Positions 36,583 through 50,431 of a stretch of 64,000 nt of DNA are shown here, piece by piece. Under the pieces are notes generated by a model. The model did not search any database, was not told where the DNA came from, and saw nothing but the letters and a program-made list of their open reading frames with translations. Numbering within the stretch: position 1 is the first letter of the stretch; the number at the start of each line of letters is the position of its first letter. The stretch comes from Thraustochytrium aureum (lineage: Eukaryota). Location of the stretch: the NCBI GenBank assembly GCA_012862495.1, contig BLSG01000391.1, positions 231,760 through 295,759 on the forward strand. Direction: 5' to 3'. The position numbers and the translations under genes were made by a program.

Positions 36583-39500
36583 ATGGCGGCCGCGGTAACC
36601 ATTGAAGCCGTCTCGGCGAGCAAGCTGAAGAAGGTGGAGTATATCCGCAAGCAAGACCCGTACGTTGTGTTTCAGGCCGACGGCGAGCAGGCCAAAACGG
36701 AGACGGACTGGGACGCCGGCACTGAGCCGCGCTGGGCCGACAAAGGACTCGCAAACAAAGTTACGCTCGCGCTCGGCACGAGCGCCAGCAAAGTGGTCTG
36801 CCGCGTCATGGACGACAACAGCAAAAAGGCCCACACGCTCATCGGCGAGGGCGAGCTCGACCTCGGGCAACTGTCAGCCGGCGGGAAACGCCAGCACGTA
36901 GAGATCTCGCTCACCAACAAGGGGAAAAAGGCCGGGACGCTGGTGGCCATGGTGCAAGTTGAGCCAGTTCAACCTTCCGCGCAGAAATCGGCCAAGGCTA
37001 CCAGGGAGGTAGCAGAGAAACAAGCTAAGCCCGAGCGCAAGAAATCGGCTGCCGCGAAAACTAGGCACGAGGATGAAGCAGACAGCAAAGTCGACGACGA
37101 AGATGATGATGATGACCAGGCCGAGGAGCCGCGAGCTACCGCCTCAAAGCAGCCAAAGAAGGCGAGCCCGGCGTCAAGCGATGGTACTATTCTCGTCACA
37201 GCGCTCCGAGCAAAAAAGCTCAAGAACCTGCAACTGATTCTCGCGCAGGACCCATACGTCAGGGTGACGATGATCACGCCAGCTGGCCGGAGCGAGCCTG
37301 CGCGCACGCTGGCCTCGAGCGGGAAGAACCCCACTTGGGACTCTGCGAAGAAGAACGTCATGAGGATCCAGGTGAATCAGGTTCCAAGCGCTGCACTGGT
37401 TGAAGTGCTGGATGCGGAAGCCCTGCGCAGCGACCGGCTCATTGGCTCCGTGACGGTGCCATTCGCAGAGCTCGCCGCAAAAGCCGAGCAAGGCCAGGTA
37501 GAGCTCAGCCTGATCGACCCGAAAGGCAAGCCCGCTGGGCAACTCTTTCTCGCCGTGGAGATCCCTGAGTCTCTGCGCCCAGCCGCAGCGAGCGCCGCTT
37601 CCGAACAACGCGGTCTCGCTGAAGGCGGCAAGTCGAGCGAGCAAAGGGAGCAAGCCTTGGCGAGCCACGACGACGAGGAACAAAAGTTGGAGCGACCTGC
37701 AGACCCGGCGGAACCCCAAGACGGCTCCTACGTGCCTGGCACGCTAAAAATCACCGTGCTCGAAGGCGTCAAGCTGAAAAAGGTCCAGCAAATCGGCCAG
37801 CAAGATCCTTTCGTTCGCGGTACGCTAGACCCGTGGGAAATCTCGTCGGGGAAGACAAAGACGCTCAGCGGAAGAAACCCAAAGTGGACATCCGACAATG
37901 TCCTCGAGTTTGCCGTGCCTGGGCCGCCAGCCAAAGGCCAGCTTCCTGCTGTACGTCTTGAGGTTCTCGACGAGGAGCTCTTGCTCAAACCGCGCCCAAT
38001 AGGGTCCGGCAAGATTGATCTTGCCAATATCATGGGCGCCGGCAAGCTGGTTGAAGACGAGGCCGTTGACGTGGAGCTGCAAGACCGCAAGTTTCGACCC
38101 GCGGGAACGCTCCGCGTGCTTGTCAGCTTCAATCCGAGCGTTCAAGCGGACTCGTCCACCGCGCAAGCTACTCCTGCCAAAGGCGCGCAAAAAGCGCCCG
38201 CAAGCATTACCGCAGAGGGCGTCTTGCGCGTCACTGCGGTTGCGGCGCACCTTACACGCAGCGTCGAGACGTTTACAAACCAGGATCCATTCATGAAGGT
38301 CTCGCTTCTCCCCTGGGGCGGGGATCTTCAGCAGGGTCGCACCAAGGCTGTCGCGGATGCTGGCAAAGAGGTTAAATGGGACACCAAACACGACTGCGAC
38401 ATGGACCTCTACTATCCTGGCATTGCCTCCTCTGGCGAGCCACCGGTCCTCCGCGTCCAAATTATGGACGAGGAGATGTTCTTGTCCAACCGCGAGATCG
38501 GTCACGGCGACCTCCCGCTCGTTGGAATACTCGACAAACTCACAAATGCGAAAGGCATGCCGGACGGTCTCGAGACCAACATCGAGCTGGTATACGAAAA
38601 GAACAACAAAGGGGCGACAAAATCGTGTGGGTCTTGCACGGTTCGCCTCTCATGGACCCCAGGGCCACCAGACAAGCTTGTCGAGAAAGAAATGCCCAAC
38701 CTGCTCCAGGCGCCAGACGCTGGTGATCTCGAAAAGCAGATGCCGCTTGACCTGCACGTGACTGTGCACAGAGGCGTCAACCTGAAGAACCGAGCTTACA
38801 TCGGGAAACAAGACCCCTATGTACGTATTACGCTGCAGCCCTCCGGTGCGGAGGCCAAAACGCAGTGGGTTAAGGACGGGGGGACGGATGTGGAGTGGAC
38901 CCCCGCCCTCGGCAACAAACTCTCGCTTCCGTACAATGGAGCCAAATCGGAGGAGCTTCCGACATTGCTCGTCGAGGTCCTGGACAGTGCAGTGCTGGGC
39001 GACCGCTTGATTGGGTCCCGCACACTAGCCATGTCCTGCTTCCTCCGCACGGAGTCGAAAGCGCTCGTCGAGTGGGCCGTGCCGCTGATCGCATCCCACG
39101 GCAAGAGCACGCAGAAGAACCCAGCGGGCCAGCTTGTCGTGTCGATCCACGCAGCGCCACGACGGACGGACACGCAAACACGGTGCGGCGTGATCAAGGC
39201 GACCCTCACCTCGGTTTCGATGCTGAAAGGCGGCGATTGGTTCAGCGCCTCGGATACCTATGTCCAGCTGCGCGCAACGCCAGGGGTGCAGCCAGAAGAT
39301 CCGGTGCGCTCTGTTGTGATCGCGAATGGTGGGTTGGCGACCAGCTTCGACCAGGAGCTCATTGTGCCAATCTTTGACTTTGGTGGGAACGGGGTCGGGG
39401 CTGGCAATGTAGAGCAGCGGCTCATGGTCGAAGTGCTCGACCGGGATGTTTATACCGCAGACGATGTGCTTGGCGTCGGCACAAAGGAGCTTGGGGAAGT

Positions 39501-42500
39501 TTTTGCCGCGCGCGAGCAGTATGACGCTGCCTACGAGCACGAGGTTTCGATCCTTCGAAAGGGCACCAAGCCTGCCGGTAGTGCCTTTCTCCGACTCGAG
39601 TTCCTCCCCAGTAAATATCCTGGGGCTGCTGCGCTTGAAGGGCTCCGCCAGGGACCAGGTTCCTTGCGGATATGGGCGCTGGAAGCCAACAACCTCACGC
39701 ACGTTGGTGGGATGCTGGATCGCAAGCAGGACCCCTACCTTCGTGTTACGCTGCAGCGACCTGGGGCCCCAGACCCAGGCGACCCTAAATCGTGGCCGAG
39801 GCGTCAGAGGACCAAAACCTGCCCCGATGCAGGATCTGCGTGCGTTTGGAACACCTTTGTCGACCTCGTGCATTCTGCGAAAGACGCCGCCTTTGCGGCG
39901 TCCGGGAGCAAACCTGGGTTCCTGCACGTCGCTGTTTACGACGAAGGGGTCGTTAGTGACACTTTGATCGGCACGTACACGATCGACCTCAGCGCGACGC
40001 TCTCTAGCAGTGCCAAGCCGGGCAGCAAGGATGACGTTTGGATCTCCATCTTTGATAGGAGTGGCAAGCAGTCCGGACAAGTGCGCCTCGCCATTGAGTT
40101 CGTGCCCGGCGGTCCGAAAGACCACGTGGCTCTGCGTGACGATTTCGCCTTCGTGGAGGAGGGCACTCTCCACCTTCTTGTTGCAGAGGCCGCAGGCCTG
40201 AACGACAAAACCACCCAAAAGGTCTCTGCACGTGTACTCCTGCAGGGCAAAGTTGCAGCGAAGGTTCCAGCGGCGGAAAGCACAGCAGACGGTCTAGCTG
40301 CATGGAACCACCTCACCGAGCTGCAGTGGTCGCCACCTGCTCTCAACCCGAAAACGGAACCAACAATGGAGGTTCCACTCGTGCGCATTGAGGTTTCTGG
40401 CACCAGCGGCAGCGCGTTTGGGGTGAACCGCTCAATCGGGTATGCTCAAGTGCCACTCGCAGCATTTTTGCCCGAGAACGGCGGCGGAGGTCACGGCTCG
40501 ATTGAGAAGACACTTCGAATCTGTTCCGGGGCGGAGTCGAAAGACACATTCATGACGGTGCGCGTCGTGGGCATCTTTGCTCGCTCAAAACCACGCACCG
40601 GATCTCTCCCAGTCCACCCATCGCTGGTCGCAGCAATGAGCATCCCTGCGGTGGACCCTGGTAGCAAACCTGCAAGTCGGCTGGACGAGCGCCGCGCCTC
40701 GAACGCAAAGGCGCCGCCGACGCGGCAGTGCCTGCCTGGAAGGCTTCACATCAAAGTCCTTGCTGGCAAAGGTTTGACAAACAAGGAAATACTCGGCAAA
40801 CAAGACCCGTACGTGGAAGGCCTCATTGAGCCCGGCGGGACGACATTTAAGACTGCTGTCTGCGAGGATGGTGGGAAAGCCCCTATTTGGACCGATGCCA
40901 TGGCAAACAGCCACGTCCTGCTCGTTGAGGACGCTGGAGCGGCCGTGCTTCGACTCAAATGCCTCGACAAAGACGACTTTTCGGACGACACGATAGGCTT
41001 TGTCGACATTCCCATACTGCCGCTAGCCCTTGGTGCGGCGGGACGAAAGGCCGCCACGAGGCCTGGTTCATCTTCCCAACCGGGCCCAACGCGGCCAGAG
41101 GACCAGAATGCGCGATGGAGTCTGTTTCTCGACCAAATTTCCTCGGATGGAGACAAGGAGCACACGGAGCAGACTCGGCAGGCCTCGCAACGGGCCTTTA
41201 CAGCCTCCAAGTGGCAGGCGTTCTGCGCCGCCTCGTTCTCGTCGTTTAGTTCCGCCAGTTCTTCATCAAAGGAAAGCGCAACAGCTCTGCACACGCCTCG
41301 CCGCGACAAGCTAGCAGCGTTTTACCACGGGCTTGAGGCTGACGGCATCGCCGTTCTCGACGACATCGACAAACAGGTCAGCAAGCTTGACAACAAACAC
41401 CCAGACACGGAAGTCGTCAACAAGGACCTGTTTACGAAGCTCTACCAAAAGTACCGGCCGACAGAAAAGTGCCCCGAGTCCCTCTGGCGCGCGGCGGAGC
41501 CAAGCGCCGCTGCTGCGGAGGCAGACCTCAACCAAGAGAGCATGCGGGCCATCATCGAGACTATCGCCCCGGCAGCCAACCAATTCTTCGACGGTGCCGG
41601 TGTCGCAGCTGCGCAGCTGAAAGAAACCCAGATCAAACGGATGGGGCGCTCACTGAGCAAGCTCTTTTCAGAAGAGGAAGGGGAGCCCATATCCCTCGAC
41701 ACTTTTCGCGCGGTCAGCGAGCTGGTCCTCTCGCAGATGATCTGGAACGCAATTGGAGCTGGCACATACGACCTTTCACACGTCTCGGTGCCAAGCGACA
41801 CTGCTGTGGCGGGCAGTGCAAGTGCGGGGCCCGACAAAGCCGATGTCGATGCCGATGCAGATGCCGAAGAGATGTGGTGGACGCTTCGAAATGCCAAGGG
41901 CAAAAGCCAGGGCTTGCTTCGGCTCAAGTTGTGGTTCACGGACGACTGGAAGCCGGTACCTCGAACTGCCCCGCGCGAACTCCTCAAGCCTGGCAAAGTC
42001 TGGATCCAGGTTGAGAGGGCCGAGTTCACAACCGACAAGGACTGGTTTGGCAAGCAAGACCCCTTCGTCTTGGCGCGGTGGTCGGGGGGGCAAGTCGCCG
42101 AGGGTTGCCAGGCTGCGAAAACGCCAGTAAAGCGAGGTGGCGGGAAGTCGGTGGAGTGGACGCCTGAAGAAGGCCTCCTTGGCCTCCCTTTTACCCCAGA
42201 CATCGCATTTAGCGCAACTCAATTCGGGCAGACGCCTTCAATCGTCATCGAAGCGCGAGACAAGGACTTTGTTTCCGCAAGCGACCTGATTGGTGCGACG
42301 CGGCTACCTCTGCTTTTCCTTGCCAAACACGTCGGGCAGGTGTTTCCGCGTGCCCTGCCCCTAGTCAATACGCGCAAAGGCGAGACGCGGCGAGCTGGCA
42401 CCCTCTTTGTACGGATGCAGTTCGTGGTTGACGATAGCGGTGGGAACGAGGCGCCCGCGTCGTCCACCTGCTCGTTGCTCGCAACCGCAGACGGCGCAGA

Positions 42501-45500
42501 AAGCGCCATAGAGGCCGGTCCGCCGACTGTGCCTGGCCGAGTTGTCGTAGACGTCATCGCGGCTCGAGGCTTGAAGGACGTGCAGTGGTTGGGCCGAATG
42601 AACCCAGTGACCACGCTCAGGCTCTGGCCGAACGACGCGACCGCCTGCACCAAAAGCGCCCGGAACCAGGACCAGAACCCTGCTTGGGACGAACAGCATG
42701 CGCTTGAGATAGAGGATGGCATGATGGGCCTGTTGGAGGTGCAGGTCGGAACAGGTGGCAAAGCGATAGGCTCGTTCGAGATTGCGCTGGGCGGCATCTT
42801 GGACGACATGAAGGCGAGCGAGCAAAGCAGCGTGGAGAACTGGTTTCCCCTGATCACCAAGGAGTTGAAACGCGCTGGCGAGATCCAGTTGCGTCTCGCG
42901 TTCGAGCTGGACAAGGACGAAGGAGCTGACGAGGACGCTGGCGCGGCCGCTGGGAGCGCGGTGCGCTTTGTCGGCGGACCGGGAGACCTGCACATACGCG
43001 TAAACCGGGCTGTTGACCTGCGAGCGGTGAGCTCAACTGGCACCCAGGACCCATACGTCGAGCTAAAGTCCGTCTCGTGGCGGAAGCCGTTCGCCGCAAA
43101 GTCAGACGTGGACGAAAACGGTGGGCAAAGCCCTGAGTTCAAGTTCAGCTGCGCTGCGCCGCTCGAGTGGGGCCCGACCGACAAGGATGTTCCCTCGCTT
43201 GCATTTACCATCAAAGATCGCAACACTCTGCGCGACACGACCATTTTTTCGGGCAGCTCTGCTTGGCTCCTTGGCTGCTAGGTCCAGGCCAGATTGCTTC
43301 GATGTGGGTCCCGACATATGGCGACGGCGTGGCCGGGCCGTACGAGTACAAGCCCAAGGCTGGAGCTCTGCACATTGAAATGCAATATATCCCTAGAGCC
43401 ACTTTTGAGGGCAAGCCACGGTCGGCGCTGGCGCGAAGCGCAATCAAGAAGATCACGAGCCCGGAGGCGCCGCGCGTTGGCGAAGTGCATGTGCAAGTTC
43501 TGGCCGGTCGCAACCTCGTCGACGTCGAGGCGCTCGGCAAGCAGGACCCGTACGTGAAGTTGACCCTGGTCGCTGGCGGCGGGGAGGGAGCGGGCAAGCT
43601 GCGATTTTCGACCTCTCGAACGACTCAGATTGAGAATGGGGGCTCCAACCCCCGCTGGGACCAGGACGTTTTGCTGCCTTTAGACGAGGTGGCAATGGGA
43701 GTTGCTCATGGAGGTGCAAGCGCCAGCACCCCTTTCCTGCTCGTTGAGGCTTGGGACTCGAACATAAAACTCCGCGGCGACAAGCTTATTGGGCGGACGG
43801 TGCTTCCGCTTTTTCCGTTCATCTTGGACGGCGGCCAGGTAGAAGACGCGTGGTTCCCGATAGCCAGCTCGTCCGGGAAGCGCATGGGCGAAATCCACCT
43901 CGGCGTGCAATTCCGCCGGGCTGGCGAAGCCAAGCGCGAGCTGCCTAGTGAGCAGCCCGAAAACACGCTGAACGTCGTCGTGGTTCGCGGGCGAAACCTG
44001 TTTGATGCAGGGGACGGCGTCCTTGGGACGGGAACCCAAGACCCGCAAGTGCACTTGGAGCTTGTGGGCCACGACAGGGTTGTCAAGACTGCAGTGGCTA
44101 CCGACCAAGGCACGGAGCCTGTCTTTGAGGAGCGGGTNNNNNNNNNNNNNNNNNNNNCGAGCTCCCCGGGTGCATGCCGGACGCAAGAGGCAGCCTGCCG
44201 CGTCTCCGAGTCCAAGTGTTTGACTATGACGGTACCGCCTCGGCGGGCGCGTTTCTCGGGATGTGCGAATTCTCCCTGACAAAAGAGATGATGGGGGACC
44301 CAAGCGCTGGTATCGAGCCGCAGGCAATGGAAAAGTGGTTCCAGCTCACTGACAGGTCGATGAAAGAGCAACGCGGTGAACTGCAGCTCATCCTCAAGCG
44401 GGGGCCGTTTCCAGGCGACGAGTCAGACCGGGACGCGGCTGGTGCCGCCGAGGCGGGCGGCAAGCTCTACCTTTCTGTTGATGGGGTTTCCGCAGACCTG
44501 TCAGACGCAAGCGGGAAGGCTCCAAAGATCCGTTCGTCCGGATCATGAGCGCGGCCGGCGCGAATGTCCTCGCAAAGCGCGATTCGGGGCCGCTTGTGGC
44601 CAGCGGGCCAGCGCAGGTTTTGGTTGTTCCAGTTGCGGCTGGCCAGCAGGGCCCGCCGCCCTTGGTAACTGTTGGCGTATACCAGCGCAAATGGACGCTG
44701 CGAGGGCAGCGCCCAAAGCTCGTCGCCGAGGCCGCCATTCCCAAACTTGACAAACTGGTCCGAGCAGGGCCAGGGTCTGCGCTGGCGCCGGTGGTGATTT
44801 CGTTGCGGGAGAGCGCTGCGGCAGAAGGAGGGCCTGAGCTGGGCAAGCTAAACTTGCAGGTGCTGTTTTTGCCCCGCGTGGCTGGGCAGATTCGCGTCCA
44901 CGTGGGCCGCGCGAGCGGCATCAAGTCATATGAGATGTTTGGCAAAAATGACCTCCGCGTGGAGCTTGCGATTTGCAACGGGGCATCGGAAGCCCAGCTT
45001 GGACCACCCGAGTTCACCTCGACGAAGAATGGTGCGGGAAGCGAAGCAGAGTGGAATGAGACCAAGCAGCTGATCTATAGCAACCAGGACGAGCGAGAGG
45101 CGCCTCGACTTCGGGTCAGGGTAGTAGATGTTGACACCCTCTCCAACGACCTGTGCGGGGAGAGCTTTGTCGACTTGCTTGATCTGCTCGCACGGGGCGT
45201 TGCTGCTGGGGTTGGCGGCGCTGTGCAGCTCGAGCCGCAAGACTACCGCCTGGACCGCGGCGGGGTTGTAAACCTCGGGGTCACGTTCACGCCAGACTCT
45301 AACATTTTTGAGAAGAAGAGGCAGGAGGAGAGCAAACAGATCATGGAGCTCAAGCGCATGTGGAACGTCCTGGACGCCAACAAGGACAGCAAGCTGACAA
45401 AGGACGAGCTTATGGAGGGTTTTGCGACGGTGCCCAGGATGCGCCGCGTTCCTTGGTGTGGACCAAGCAGCCTTTTCGCCAGAGAACCTAGACACCCCAG

Positions 45501-48169
45501 CAGGGAAGCGAGCCTTGCAAAGCCTCTTTGCGGAAATCAACACGAACGACGACGACGTGATCGACTTTGAGGAGTTCCGCGCCTACATCGAGTCGAAGCC
45601 TCAGCGGGACGCCGCGAAGCGGAAGGAAGAGCAACACGCGCGGGAGAGCCAGCGCGCGGCCCGAGAGGCAGCAATCCTGCGGCAGCGAGAGTTGAGCAGC
45701 CAGCGCGCCCAAGAGGAGCAGCAAGAGCTTGAAGCGCAGCGCGCCAAGCAGCGCGAAGAAGAGGCGCGCCTGCGTGCCGAAAAGCGAAAGCGGGAAGACT
45801 TGGCAAGGCAGCGGCGCGAGGATGAGCTTGCTCGTCAAGCCGAGGCGCGCGCCGCCGAGGAGTTGCTCAAGGCCCAAGAGGCGGCGAGGGCGCTAGCAGA
45901 GCAGGAGGAGAAAGCGCGGCGTGAGAAGAAGCGGGCGCAGCGCATGGAGCGGAAGAGGCCAGATGACGTCATGCTCTGGCGCACCCGTGATGTTGTTGAG
46001 TGGCTAGCACGGGACCTCGAACTCCCGGCCTACAGCAGCCAGTTTGTCGAAGGCGCCGTCGACGGCCCCCTTCTTGTCGTTCTCACGGACGAGGACCTTG
46101 AGCGCCAACTTGGCGTCTCCGATGCGCTCCACAGGAGAAAGATCCTCATTCGCGCTGCGAGGCTGTATCAGATGCACGAGGAGTTGGCGGGAAAGGCCAA
46201 AAGAGCGAGTGTGGGCAGCAAGTCTGCCAAAAAGGCAGGATCGACAAGCCAAACGGCCATCGATGGCGCCACGGGCGGCGGTGCCAACGAGCTCGTTCGC
46301 GTCAAACTTGCGCAACAGTACAAAAACGATCTCGCAAGCAAGCGGGCCAGCGAACGAGAGGACGAGGTGCGAAAGCAGATTTGGAGATTCGAGTACGACG
46401 CACTTGACAAGTCTGGCGCAATACCAAGCGTCGACGACGCCTTCAATTGGTACGACAAGACCGGCCGAGACTTTGAAGGTGGCGCGACCGCCAGTGACGC
46501 CGTGGGCGCAGACGGCAGCGACGGGTCTGATGATGAAGACTGCTTCCGAGCAGCTATGTCACAGGTCCGGGAGCGAATCGTTGGGGCGCAAGTCGGGACG
46601 GGCCAAGGGCCGAGCGGGCGGGCGAGTTCGCAACGGGAGTACCCGGATACGGTGGCCTCGGAGAGCATCTCGAGGTCGAGGTCGCGGTCGCGGCGCTTGA
46701 AAAACGGCGAGCCTGTCCAGAGCACAAGCCCGAGTTCGCGGAGAATCAAATCTCTTCCGGAGGAGTTTTGGTTTGAAGACCGAGACGTATGGTGGGAGGA
46801 GCCGGCAGGGGAGCGCCAGGTGCGGGTCGTTCCAGCAGAGGCCACACCTGAAGAGATCGCGCACGTGGTTCGCGAAGCCGTTTTGCAGTTTGGGGCTCAG
46901 CTAGAGCGCAGGCGCACCGTTGACACCAAACTGTCCGCGTCCCTCCGCAAGGGCGACCGAGAGCGGCAGATGCTAATGGACGTGTACGAGGTATTCTGCC
47001 GACTGCGCAACAACGCGGGGGACACGACGGGTCGGCTGACTCGGCTCAAGTTCCAAGGCGGGCTCAAACTCGTTTTGGGGGTGGAGCTGAGCTGGCTTCA
47101 GTTCGATCGCTTGTTCCGCTTGCTGTCGCCTGCCAGAGGCGACGGCACGAACGGAACGATTGAACTCGACGAGTTTCTTGCCGCGTTCTCGACAGAAGGG
47201 GTGACGCGTGGCTCGGCCAGCGGCCAGCGTGCATCTGAGGTGCGCGGCCGCCGGTCGACGGACCGGCGTGGCGCAGGCGAGGGCAAGGCGCTGCGGGCAG
47301 CCCTGTTTGGGGTCTGCGAGATCCTGGTCAAGACAAAAGTGACAGTGAAGGAGCTGTTCCAAGGGTTTGACCGCAACGGGTCTGGGGCAATTTCGACAGC
47401 CGAGTTCGTGTCCATGATGAAGTCGCTGTCTGAAAATCTCACCAAGGGACAGATCTACGACCTGATGCGCAGCATGGACGCTGACTTTGACCGGAGGATT
47501 ACTTTTGACGAGTTTGCGAGTTTTTGGCTCGCCGTGTTCACCCAGTGGCTGCGGTACTTGAAGCGCAAGCTCCTGGCCAGCAACAACAAGCCCATCAAGC
47601 TTGCCAACAACGTTGTGATTGGCCCTGACGAGCTCGAAGACCTCGTCGAGAGAGTAGAGGCAACTGCAGACCTCATGTTTGGGCGGCGCCGACGAATGGA
47701 GGAGAGTCGGCGAGACGTTGACGAGCTGCCAGGGCCCTTTTCCTCCCTGCTCCGCAAGTGTGGAATGGGCGGCGAGGCCCTTTCCAGGTCGCTTTCGAGG
47801 TCCCCGACCAAGAAGCCAAGCAAGCGCAGTGGGATGAGCGGTGATCGTGGTCCGGCACGGGTCGCGAGGCCGGAGGTCGGAGCGGACGACTTTGAGGGCC
47901 TACGCACGCAGGCGAGCGATTCTCTTCGGGACCTCGTTGGGCCAGATCTTGGCTCGCGCGACTCTCCGCGCGGCGGGGGGCTTGAAGCGGTTCGCGCTGC
48001 TCGTGGGGACACCCGGTACGGGCGCAACGAGCTGCAGCGCAAGCGAATCGTCAAAGACGCGCGTGAGCGGGCGCCGGCTAGGGGGCGTGGAGTGGTGCTC
48101 AAGGTGCCACAGCGCGCAGACTTGAACGCGCAGATTTCGTTCCTGGGCGACGGGGAGGATTGGGCTTGA
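36583..48169 (+). CDS. Giant (~3850 aa) protein: ~16 C2 domains, EF-hands, coiled coil, SAM domain and further EF-hands; 3 frameshifts plus a 20-N gap
   Basis: Repeated QDP(Y/F)V..W...D.IG C2 motifs across chained ORFs 36553..43281, 43167.., 44174.., 44545.. and 45422..48169. EF loops are DANKDSKLTKDE, NTNDDDVIDFEE, DRNGSGAISTAE and DADFDRRITFDE; the SAM domain is WRTRDVVEWL..LGVSDALHRRKIL. Confidence 0.85.
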
Positions 48170-49068
48170 CCGGATCCGCCTGCTGGCGTCACTTTTAGAA
48201 CGAGTACATACCGATTATGTAGAGTACGAGTACATACCGGTAAGTACTCGGCAACTCGAGCACTGGCGCTGCCCTTGCTTGATGTACTCCATGGGTTGAG
48301 TGTTATTCTACGTAGCAAGGAGGATCCGACTTGTACGTAGCGCGGAAAGACGGGAGGTGCGATTGTTCGAGGTAGAGTAGCACGAAAAGCAAATACCAAC
48401 TTTTGGAAAAGCATGACGGAGACGGCTGCTGCATGTGGCTGGTCCATGTGGTTGCTGGCTGGCCCATGCAGGTAGTGGGCGAATCTGCGCCGTCCCACGC
48501 GATCCCAGACCGAAAAGCGGGAAACAAACGCGGAAAAACGCAGCGCGAAGGCGCGGCCAACCGATTCGGGCACCTCGCTGCGCCNNNNNNNNNNNNNNNN
48601 NNNNNNNNNNNNNNNNNNNNNNNNNNNNNNNNNNNNNNNNNNNNNNNNNNNNNNNNNNNNNNNNNNNNNNNNNNNNNNNNNNNNNNNNNNNNNNNNNNNN
48701 NNNNNNNNNNNNNNNNNNNNNNNNNNNNNNNNNNNNNNNNNNNNNNNNNNNNNNNNNNCCCTTCCAAGTTGGCCTTCCTTTGGGAGGATGGATCGCTCGC
48801 TTTCCGGGACGCGCAGCCGGAGTATCTTGCAGAAGGTCCGGAGAAACATCTGTCATCTGAGTTGACGATTGATCAAGGGTATCGCAGCAAGCGCGGCCGC
48901 CGGTTGGGGTTGGGCCGCGCGCTGGCAGAGCCAGAGCCTTCGTTTGTTTGTTTGTTTCTTTCGTAAGCTCGGCTGAGGGCCTGGGAGCCGTGCGGTCGCT
49001 GGAGCCGGCGCGCGCGAGTGCCTGGTTTCGCCCTGCGCGAGCGGCTCGCGGCTGTGCGCTTCAGCGCG

Positions 49069-50431
49069 ATGGGCGACCTGTTCAACACCGACAGCCTCTG
49101 GTGGGTTGGCGTCATCTTGTCCGTGTTCTCCGCGCTGTTTGGGAGCCTGGGCGACAACCTCATCAAACTTAGTTTCACGAAGGAGGAGATGGCCGTGGAG
49201 GCGGGCAAGCCACCGACACCGTTGCCGTGCCGCCCATTATGGTGGGTCGGCATGCTCTGCATCACGGTGCTGAACACTTGCATGACCATGGCGGCCTACT
49301 CATTCGCCGACGCAGTAAGTTTGGCAAACGACGGTCGCCCTAGGGCCCTCTCTGAACAGCCGCTCCCCGGCGTTGGCTGTTGGTCGGCCCACGTGGGGTG
49401 CGCTCGCCCGAGGCCCGCTCTTGACACTTTCTGACAAGTCTTGCGTTCCGGCTCAGTCTTTGACGATTCCGTTTGCTGGTCTCCACATCTGCTTCAACGT
49501 CGGGTTCGCCTGGCTTCTGAATAGCGAGATCTTCACCTCCAGGCAAGTCGGGTTTACGTTCATCATCCTCGTTGGAGTCACGATCGTGCTCGTCTCGGGA
49601 AACCACGACACTGTGACCTTCACGGCAGAAGAGATTGCAGAGCTGTTCAAGCAGCCCGGGTTCATCGCTAGCTCGCTGATCATCTTGCTCATGATCTGCA
49701 TCGAGGTCCCGACCGCCCTGTTCCACAGAGACGCACGTGCGCGTTGCTTTGCCTCCAGCGCCCTGATCGGGACGGTTGCTGCGGTGACGCAGATCATGGC
49801 AAAGATCGTGTCCGAGAGCCTCACAGAGGCGGTGTCTGGTAGTGCCGCGGAAGTCTTCTCGCATTGGGTCGTCTACGTTGCAATCTTCCTCCTGATAGCG
49901 GCGGCCGTGAGCCAACTCGTGCTTCTCAATAGGTCTTTGTCCATGTACAATGCGTTCGTGGTGGTTCCTGTTTACAACAGCTTCCTCATCGTCTTAGGCA
50001 GCCTGTACGCCGCGGTGTTGTTTCAAGAGTACCAGCGTTTCGACACGATGTCGCAGGTCTTGATGCCGCTTGGCGTCTTGTCGACCGGGGTCGGGGTGGC
50101 GCTCTTGGCGTGGGACCACAACCCGGAAGCCACTCGCGAGCTTGTGCTTGGGTCGGAGAGCGGGGACATTGCTCTGATGCCTCGTGCGCATAGTTTCCCG
50201 CATTCGCCGCTCTTCGACGAGGAGTTTGGCGGTCCTTACCGCAACACCGCAATGTCGATGCAGATGCCAAGAGGCCGGTCGTACCACTCTGGTATGCAAA
50301 GCTCCAGCTTGGAGCCCCTTGGGACCGAGCATCTGAGCCCCCTTCGCCCCAGCGAGGGCAGCTTGCTGGGTGCCGACGATGAAGACGACGCGTCCAGCGC
50401 CGGCGAAGGGCACTCGCTGACACTAGCGTAG
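49069..50431 (+). CDS. NIPA-family magnesium transporter, 2 exons (49069-49314, 49457-50431)
   Basis: About 9 TM helices; PLWWVGML, AYSFADA|SLTIPFAG, LNRSLSMYNAFVVVPVY and VLFQEY. Confidence 0.88.
49315..49456 (+). other. 142-nt spliceosomal intron
   Basis: GTAAGT donor, CTGAC branch-like site and CAG acceptor; in-phase join. Confidence 0.9.

Noticed and set aside
43240..45440. Micro-introns as the explanation for frame breaks
   Set aside because: No GT-AG pair fits at the pinpointed sites, and single-base corrections restore consensus motifs. The real introns here are 68-154 nt with clear signals.
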